From Anaerolineae bacterium (GTDB taxonomy: Bacteria; Chloroflexota; Anaerolineae; Epilineales; Epilineaceae): DNA of 64,000 nucleotides. The stretch covers positions 4,298 to 68,297 of the forward strand of contig JBCLES010000010.1 in NCBI GenBank assembly GCA_038913135.1, in the 5' to 3' direction. A program made the position numbers and the translations under genes. Below the pieces are notes generated by a model. It was not told the origin of the DNA, made no database searches, and saw nothing but the letters and a program-made list of their open reading frames with translations. Numbering within the stretch: the first letter of the stretch is position 1; the number at the start of each line of letters is the position of its first letter. This document shows positions 30,346 to 37,325 of the stretch, piece by piece.

Positions 30346-33300
30346 ATGCATCGCGCCAATGCAGCTCAGATCATCGCTGGCATAACAGCTTTCGCGCTTT
30401 TCGGCTGGGGCACTTGGGCGGCGATTAAGTCCGCCACCGACGAGACCGCTCTAGATTCGAGCACAATCTTCACAGCGCCGCCGCCTAAGGCGAGCGTTGA
30501 TTCGGCCTGCGCCTCACCGGACCCGTTCGTCGCGCTGGCGGTTCACGCCCGAGGCGTCGACGATACCGCGCACTCGCTCACTCCCGCGATCATCGCGCGG
30601 CGGTCGGTCGGAGGTAATTTCGTCTTAGCCACCCAGGGCGAAGTCGGCGCCGTTTACGGGTTAGCGTTCGATCACCGGCGAGGTCACGTTTATGCCGGCG
30701 CTTATCATCGGGTCGGGTTGCCTATCGGACCCGGCGGTTTGGGCCAGATCTATCGGATCGACCTCGAAAGCGGCGATATCACTGCCTGGGCCTCTCTTGA
30801 AGCGGGCGAAGCCCCGTCCGATCCACTCGCTTCGGCGCAGCTCGTCGGCGAAATCGGTCTCGGCGATCTTGAAGTCTCCGAAGACGGCGCCCAACTCTTG
30901 GTCACCAACCTATCCGACCGACGAATCCATCGCTTCGCTCTTCCGGGCGGAGCGCCGCTCGGCAGCGCTGTCACCGGTGGATCTCGCGAAGCGTGGCGCG
31001 AACACGCGCGGCCGTTCGGTCTCGGAGTCCGTGACGGCCAACTCTATCACGGCGTCGTCAAGGCCCGGACCGACATGACCCTCGAGGGCATACTCTTCGA
31101 GGCCTGGGTCTATAAATCGGATCTGGACGGCCGCAACGAAACCGGGCTCATGCGGACTTGGCTCGGCTATTCGCGACTTGTGCCGTGGACACCGTGGGTG
31201 ACCGACGGCTCATTGAAGAGCGAAGATGCGCCGATGTTGGTCGACATCGACTTTCAGCCCAGCGGCGCCCCGATTCTGGGCTTCCGCGATCGCCAGTCGG
31301 ACATGCATCCGGATTGCGTGTGGCGGCCCGGTTGCACGGGTGGAGCGAGCGTGGGCGATATCATTCCCGCGCGGCGGGTTGAGCCAGTTTGGCGCGCCCT
31401 GACTTCCCCGCCCTTCTACGGCGACGCCGGAGCCGGCGGGTTCGATGCCGTCCTCGGTTCGCTCGCTTCCATTGCGGGCCTCGAATTGGTCGCTGCGCCC
31501 TCGCTGCCGCTTTCCGGAATGCCGACCGGGACATCGAACGGCGTTGACGTGATCTGGTTCGACAACATCGGCGGACGGGCCGCCTATGGTTCCCCGATCT
31601 TCGATGCAAGCGCCGACGACACCCTGATCGATGGCCACGCTTCTGCCGGCGACATCGAGGTGCTTTGCGGCCCGCCTGCTGATCCGGACGCCATAGCGGC
31701 CACCGCGACCGAGGCCGCGGCCGGTCCCGCGACCGAAACCGCGGCGGCGAACGCGAGTGCCACTGCCGTGGCAGCGATAGCGACGACCATTGGCCGAGCT
31801 ACCAACCATCCCGCTACCCAAACGGCTCACGCCCCCACCCATATCGCGCGCTCAACGGATGCCGCCGCAACTGCCACCATGCTGGCGCCGACGCTCCAAG
31901 CGGGCGGGCCGACACGCACCGCGGCCGCCACTCACGCCGCGGAGACCGCGACGGCGGCCGCCCCAAGTCTGAAGGGCATCGCGACGCGAGGTGCGATCGA
32001 GCTGACGCGGGTCGCGGCCGAGCCGACTCAGCATCCGGGCACTCCGGCTGCTGCCGGCGCGGCCTATCGGTTGATGAAGTCGCAGTGCGTGGGCGACAAT
32101 CCGCACTTCGTCACAACTTGCTTCGTGCCGGCTTCCGATGGGCGCGGAAATCTTTACGACGAAGATTGGTTCCTGGATCAGCCGGTATTGGTCGCGTTCA
32201 ACGACGCCGACCCTGAGGATCTTTCGCAGCACCTCATGCTCGCCTACGAGCCACAGGTCGGCGCCGTATTCGGGGTCGGGCATGACCTGGAGCGCGAGCA
32301 GATCTACATTTCCGCCTACAACAAGCGCCTTGCATACCTTGGCCCGCTAGGCGCAGGCGGCATCTACCGGATCGATCTGCCCACGGGACGTGTTGAACCG
32401 TGGGCGTGGCTGGACGCCGGCCTGGATCCGCACGACATGGGGCGCGGCTTCGACAGCTCCGGCGGTCGCTGGGTCGGCCGCACCGGACTCGGCGACATCG
32501 AAGTCACGGAAGACTTCCGTGAGCTCGTAGCGGTCAACATGTACGACCGGCTCCTTTATCGATTCAGCATCCCTGACGGCAAGCTTCTCGGCGCTTTCCC
32601 GCATGGCGCGGTCGGCGAGGTGTGGGCGGAAGACGCACGGCCGTTCGGCCTTGCCGTGAAGGATGAGTGGCTTTACCACGGACTCGTCGATTCCCGCGAG
32701 ACCGCAGCCGACGATGATCCACGGCTCTTGCAAGCATATGTCTATCGATCCAGAACCGATGGCACCGAGATGTCGGAGGTAGCGCGGATCGACATGTCCT
32801 ACTCTAGGGTGCCGGCGTGGGAAGACTGGCCGGAACGAGACGAGGACGAACCGGTTTCGCCGATGCTCGTCGACATCGCGTTCCGGAACGACGGCGATCT
32901 GGTCGTCGGGTTCCGCGAACGGCGCGGCGACGCGCGGATACTGATCGCCGGCGGCGGCGACATGGTGCTCACAATGCGGGTGGGCGACCGCGACGGCCCT
33001 GAGGAGCGGTACATCGCGCTCACATCGCCCGAGTTTTATCAAGACAATATCCGCCATCCCGAGTCATCGTGGGGAACGCTGACTAGTTTGCGCTGGCTCG
33101 ATCAGGTCATCACGACCGTCATCGATCCATGGGAGATTTGGAGCGGCGGGGCGGCATGGTACGACAACGTCTCGGGCGGGATCGTTCGCCGCGAGACCGT
33201 CTACGCCGGCCGCGACCAATCCTTCGGCAAGACTTCCGGCCTGGGCGACCTCGAATCGCTCTGCGAAGCGCCGACGCCAACGCCGACCTTCACGGCAACG

Positions 33301-34722
33301 CCGCCCGTAAGCACGACGCCGTCGACGGCATCCCCGACTCCGACCGCGACGTCGACCGCGACCCCGACTGTTTCCCGCACGTGGACCATTTACCTGCCAT
33401 ACGGTGAGAACCTGTGCGTGCCGGAGAAGCGCTTCGTGGACGTCGTACTCGTCCTCGATCGCTCGACCTCGATGCTCCGCCCGGTCGTCGAAGGTGGCTT
33501 GGCCAAGAACGAGGCCGCCATCGACGCCGCCGCGCGCTTCATCGAAGAGCTGGCGCTGGAGCCGGATCCGACGGATCCGCTCGGCCGCCACGACAACGTC
33601 GCGCTCGTCGGCTTCAACGACACGGCTTGGACGGAAAGCGAGCTAACCAACAATCGCCCCGCGGCTTACGCGGCTCTCGAGCGGCTGCGCGACAAGACTG
33701 TCGAAGGCACGCGTCTCGACTTGGCTATCGCCCAAGGCCAGGTCCCGCTCGACGGTCCTGGACGAGGTCCGGGCAATCAAGCGGTGATCGTCCTTCTCAC
33801 CGACGGGCTGCCAAATCGGGTGCCTTTCGACGCCTCGAAGGGCGAGCGGCAAGAGGACACGGTCATGCGGGCGGCCGAAGCGGTGAAGGCGGCCGGCAGC
33901 ACCGTATACACCATCGGGCTTGGGACACCGATGGACATCAATCCGCGGCTGCTTATCTCGATGGCGACCGAGCGCTTCAACTACTACTATGCGCCGCTGC
34001 CCGAGGCGCTCGAAGGCATCTATCGCATTATCGCGGACGAGTTCACGTTCTGCGGCCGGGAGAGAGTCCCGCCGCCTGAGCCGTGCATCCCGGAACATGT
34101 CTACGCCGACGTCATGCTGGTCTTGGACATGTCGACCTCGATGCGAAGGACCACGCGCGACGGTCGGCTGAAGTCGGAGGCTGCGCTCGAGGCGGCGAAG
34201 CGTTTCGTAGACGAGCTCGACCTGGAGCGCGACGGCTGGGGGCGGCAGGATCAGGTGGGGATCGTCGGCTTCAACGGCACGGCGTGGACCGAAACGACGC
34301 TGACGGATGATCGGGAGCGGATCCAACTGGCGTTCGAGCGGCTGCCGGACCGGATGGAGGAAGGCACGCGGCTCGATCTCGCGCTGCGGGAAGGTCTGGC
34401 CGCTTGGCATGCCTCCGGACGAATTCCGGAGAATCGACCCGTCATGGTTTTCCTGACCGACGGCCTGCCCAACCAGGTTCCGACGCCGGTGCCTTCGGGC
34501 CGGCAGGAGGACACCGTGTTGGCCGAAGCCGAGCGGGTGAAGGCGGCGGGAATGCGCGTCTTCACGATCGGGCTCGGGCTGCCGGACGATGTCCTGCGCG
34601 AATTGCTCGAAGGTGTAGCTTCGAGTCCGCGCGACCATTACTTCGCGCCGGACGGAGAGGATCTGGCCGATATCTACCGCCAGATCGCGGGGCGGCTCGT
34701 CGAATGTCCGAGGGAGGAGTAA
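30346..34722 (+). CDS. Giant anchored protein (1458 aa): N-terminal TM, a duplicated unknown module, PT linker and two C-terminal vWA domains
   Basis: TM anchor IIAGITAFALFGWGTWAAI. Two homologous modules start at GEVGAVYGLAFD (30637) and PQVGAVFGVGHD (about 32254). PT linker at 33270-33380. vWA MIDAS motifs are VLVLDRSTSM and MLVLDMSTSM. ATG at 30346 with an AGGGGGG RBS. Confidence 0.8.
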   Translation: MHRANAAQIIAGITAFALFGWGTWAAIKSATDETALDSSTIFTAPPPKASVDSACASPDPFVALAVHARGVDDTAHSLTPAIIARRSVGGNFVLATQGEVGAVYGLAFDHRRGHVYAGAYHRVGLPIGPGGLGQIYRIDLESGDITAWASLEAGEAPSDPLASAQLVGEIGLGDLEVSEDGAQLLVTNLSDRRIHRFALPGGAPLGSAVTGGSREAWREHARPFGLGVRDGQLYHGVVKARTDMTLEGILFEAWVYKSDLDGRNETGLMRTWLGYSRLVPWTPWVTDGSLKSEDAPMLVDIDFQPSGAPILGFRDRQSDMHPDCVWRPGCTGGASVGDIIPARRVEPVWRALTSPPFYGDAGAGGFDAVLGSLASIAGLELVAAPSLPLSGMPTGTSNGVDVIWFDNIGGRAAYGSPIFDASADDTLIDGHASAGDIEVLCGPPADPDAIAATATEAAAGPATETAAANASATAVAAIATTIGRATNHPATQTAHAPTHIARSTDAAATATMLAPTLQAGGPTRTAAATHAAETATAAAPSLKGIATRGAIELTRVAAEPTQHPGTPAAAGAAYRLMKSQCVGDNPHFVTTCFVPASDGRGNLYDEDWFLDQPVLVAFNDADPEDLSQHLMLAYEPQVGAVFGVGHDLEREQIYISAYNKRLAYLGPLGAGGIYRIDLPTGRVEPWAWLDAGLDPHDMGRGFDSSGGRWVGRTGLGDIEVTEDFRELVAVNMYDRLLYRFSIPDGKLLGAFPHGAVGEVWAEDARPFGLAVKDEWLYHGLVDSRETAADDDPRLLQAYVYRSRTDGTEMSEVARIDMSYSRVPAWEDWPERDEDEPVSPMLVDIAFRNDGDLVVGFRERRGDARILIAGGGDMVLTMRVGDRDGPEERYIALTSPEFYQDNIRHPESSWGTLTSLRWLDQVITTVIDPWEIWSGGAAWYDNVSGGIVRRETVYAGRDQSFGKTSGLGDLESLCEAPTPTPTFTATPPVSTTPSTASPTPTATSTATPTVSRTWTIYLPYGENLCVPEKRFVDVVLVLDRSTSMLRPVVEGGLAKNEAAIDAAARFIEELALEPDPTDPLGRHDNVALVGFNDTAWTESELTNNRPAAYAALERLRDKTVEGTRLDLAIAQGQVPLDGPGRGPGNQAVIVLLTDGLPNRVPFDASKGERQEDTVMRAAEAVKAAGSTVYTIGLGTPMDINPRLLISMATERFNYYYAPLPEALEGIYRIIADEFTFCGRERVPPPEPCIPEHVYADVMLVLDMSTSMRRTTRDGRLKSEAALEAAKRFVDELDLERDGWGRQDQVGIVGFNGTAWTETTLTDDRERIQLAFERLPDRMEEGTRLDLALREGLAAWHASGRIPENRPVMVFLTDGLPNQVPTPVPSGRQEDTVLAEAERVKAAGMRVFTIGLGLPDDVLRELLEGVASSPRDHYFAPDGEDLADIYRQIAGRLVECPREE

Positions 34723-36062
34723 TGCGCTTCGACGTCATCGGTTTCGGCTCGCGCGGCGACGCACAGCCCATGGCCGCATTGGTCCGCGGTCTTCGGACCG
34801 CCGGACATTCCGCCCGTCTTATCTCGCACTCGAACTTCGCGGATCTGGCCGAACTGCACGGGCTCGACTTCGCCCCGATCGACATCGATACGCGGTCGCT
34901 CGTCGAGAGCGAAGCGGGGCGCGAATGGTTGTCCGGCGGCACCGCTGCCAGACCATTTCTTACGCGCTTCTCGAAACTCATATCCGATGCGATGCATGTC
35001 ACGTTTCGTGACACTTGGTCCGCCATTAATGACGATCCGCCGGACGCTATCGTGGCGAACGGCTCGGCGATCCTGGCCGGGGCATCCATGGCCGAGCGGC
35101 TTGGCGTACCCTTCGCCCGTGCCGAACTCCAGCCGATGGAGTCTACCCGAGCTTTCCCGCCAACGTACGTCGCACCGGCACCTGCTTGGCTGCGATCGAT
35201 CCGTGGGGACGGCTTGTACAACCTTGCAGCCCACGCCTGGAGCGGTCTCACCGTATGGAAGGGAACCCGCGAAGCGACGAACTTGGCGCGCGCCGAGGTG
35301 CTCGGACTACCCCCGTGGAGCTGGACGGCGCCCTTGGGCGCAATGCAACGGCAGGGGTGGCCCATCCTGTGCGCTTTCAGCGAGGCGATCGTCCCCCGGC
35401 CCTTCGAGTGGAGCAAGAACGTCCATGTCACCGGATATTGGACGCTGCCGGCGTCGGATGCTTGGGCGCCGCCAGCAGAGCTTACAGCGTTTCTAGATGC
35501 CGGTCCGAAGCCGATCTGCGTAACCTTCGGCAGCATGCTTGGCCCCGACCCCCAAGCGACGACCGCTGCCGTGCTCGGTGCGATCGAAAGGGTTCAGCGG
35601 CGCGCTATCTTGGTCAGCGGCTGGGGCGGTTTGGCCCAGTCCGACTTGCCGCCGGGTGTCATCTGCATAGATTCGGCGCCGTTCGATTGGCTTTTCCAGC
35701 ATGTCTCAGCTGTCGTTCACCACGCCGGCGCCGGTACGACGGGCGCTGCGCTGCGCGCGGGTCGACCGAGCATCGCCGTTCCACTCTATGCCGACCAACC
35801 ATTCTGGGCGCGCCGAATCCACGAACTCGGCGCTGGCCCCGCCCCGCTCCCGATGCCGACCCTCAGCGCCGAGCCTCTGGCTCTGGCGATAGAGACGGCG
35901 ATCATGGACCCCAAGATCGCTGGTTCGGCGGCTATGCTCGGCGAGCGGATCAGGGCGGAAGATGGCGTTGGCGATGCGATACGCGTGCTCGAGGGGCTCA
36001 TCGAATTGGAGCCGGTATCGCCGGACGACGTCGAAAATGCTCAGCTATCCCCGAAGCCGTAG
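34722..36062 (+). CDS. GT1-family glycosyltransferase (MGT/UGT-like)
   Basis: MRFDVIGFGSRGDAQPMAALVRGL (N-terminal GsrGD.qP motif). The C-terminal HHAGAGTTGAALRAGRPSIAVPLYADQPFWA is like the UDP-glycosyltransferase signature. The start overlaps the upstream stop (TAATG). Confidence 0.8.
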   Translation: MRFDVIGFGSRGDAQPMAALVRGLRTAGHSARLISHSNFADLAELHGLDFAPIDIDTRSLVESEAGREWLSGGTAARPFLTRFSKLISDAMHVTFRDTWSAINDDPPDAIVANGSAILAGASMAERLGVPFARAELQPMESTRAFPPTYVAPAPAWLRSIRGDGLYNLAAHAWSGLTVWKGTREATNLARAEVLGLPPWSWTAPLGAMQRQGWPILCAFSEAIVPRPFEWSKNVHVTGYWTLPASDAWAPPAELTAFLDAGPKPICVTFGSMLGPDPQATTAAVLGAIERVQRRAILVSGWGGLAQSDLPPGVICIDSAPFDWLFQHVSAVVHHAGAGTTGAALRAGRPSIAVPLYADQPFWARRIHELGAGPAPLPMPTLSAEPLALAIETAIMDPKIAGSAAMLGERIRAEDGVGDAIRVLEGLIELEPVSPDDVENAQLSPKP

Positions 36063-37195
36063 AGCTCCGTTTCCGGATGGAAGTCTGACCAGGCAAACCA
36101 GAACACGCTCATCGCAGGAATCTGGTCGAGCGAACTGCCGGCCAGCGGGCCCTCAACGGCCACCCCCGTCCAAGCCATCCATAGCGAACCCGTCTCTTCG
36201 TCGACAACGTATCGTCCGCGGCCGCTGGCGCCTTCCGGTGGATCAGGGTCGCTCCGGAACGTGTAAGCCGTGCCGCCGACACGACGATCGAAGAGCACTG
36301 TCGACGAGACTTCGGGAGCGTGAATCGCCAGAACCGGCACGGCCCCGACCACGTCGTTCACCACGCGCCCTGTTTCGAGAACCTCCCACGGATAGGCCAC
36401 CGGCACGCCTTCGACGACGGCTGCGGTCACCATCGCCTTGGTCGGGAGTCGGCGATCCGGATTCGCTTCTCCGATCACACCGGCGTCAGGTCGTTCGAAG
36501 TAGCCCGCGTATGGATCGCGCCCATCCCAGCCCACGGTTTGCAATGCCTTGGACTCTGGATGAAGCTGCCGCCATTCGCCCCAACTCATTTGGGCATACG
36601 GCACCGGTACAAGCTCGGCGCCTTCGAGCGGTCCTTCGACCGCATGGCCCAGCATTTGGCTCCAATACGACTCAGTCTGGCGATCGTACATCACAAGTGC
36701 GTTCATGATCAGCTTGCCCGAGACGCCGAAGTCGAGCACTTCGCCCTTCACTTCAGGCCGGGCATACACGATGCCCGTGAAGCAAAGCGGTCACCAAGTT
36801 ACTGTGATTGCGCGGCCTCCGACGGAGTCGTTCACGATTTCATGGCGGCTTAGGAATGGGATGGAATAGGCACGAGCCTCGCCATCGAATGCCACACCGA
36901 GCACCAGCATCTCGTCGGGATAATTAGCGCGCGCGTCATCGCCCTCCCAGAACTTCGGTTCGTCGATAGCAGGGATCGCGTCGCGAGGTAGGATATCGAC
37001 CATCTCGTACTCCGGCACGTAGGCCGGCGCGGCTTCCAAGGCGGTTGATCGGTCGTCGGCCATTTGTTGCTCGGACTGACCGCATGCCGACGTCGACACA
37101 GCGACAGCGAAGGCGGCGGCGATCGCTATGGCCGAACGAGGGGATCGAGAGCGCAGCGGTAGCCGAATTGCAGAGATAAGCGGCTCAGCCTTCAT
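36041..37195 (-). CDS. DUF3179 lipoprotein with one in-frame TGA (36791..36793): candidate selenoprotein, or a nonsense pseudogene
   Basis: Track ORFs 36791..37207 and 36041..36769 share one frame and are separated by a single TGA. The joined sequence ...RHEIVNDSVGGRAITVTW-TGA-PLCFTGIVYARPEVKGEVLDFGVSGKLIMNALVMYDRQTESYWSQ is one continuous DUF3179 domain. The N-terminus has a lipoprotein-like signal (AAAFAVAVSTSAC). Confidence 0.7.
36746..36787 (-). promoter_or_regulatory. SECIS-like mRNA hairpin immediately 3' of the in-frame UGA
   Basis: mRNA nt +4..+45 after the UGA: lower stem CUUUGCUUCA/UGAAGUGAAG (10 bp, 2 G-U), a 3-nt bulge GCC on the 3' side, upper stem CGGGCAU/AUGCCCG (7 bp) and apical loop CGUGU that begins 21 nt after the UGA. 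Confidence 0.4.
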
Positions 37196-37325
37196 CGCGT
37201 CCACCACCGGCGTCGAAATTCATCCGTCGCACCCGTCCGCCATGGCGGCATACGCCTTCATCGCCGGCGTCGAAAGTCATCTGTCGCCCTCGCCTACCAT
37301 ATCGGCATACGCCTCCATCGGCGGA
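37188..37325. repeat. Tandem duplication (57- and 66-bp units, about 2.3 copies) spanning the gcvP 3' end and the DUF3179 start
   Basis: Read on the minus strand: ATGGAGGCGTATGCCGATATGG...GACAGATGACTTTCGACGCCGGCG (37318-37262) / ATGAAGGCGTATGCCGCCATGG...GACGGATGAATTTCGACGCCGGTGGTGGACGCG (37261-37196) / ATGAAGGCTGAG... (37195 onward, the DUF3179 start). Confidence 0.8.
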
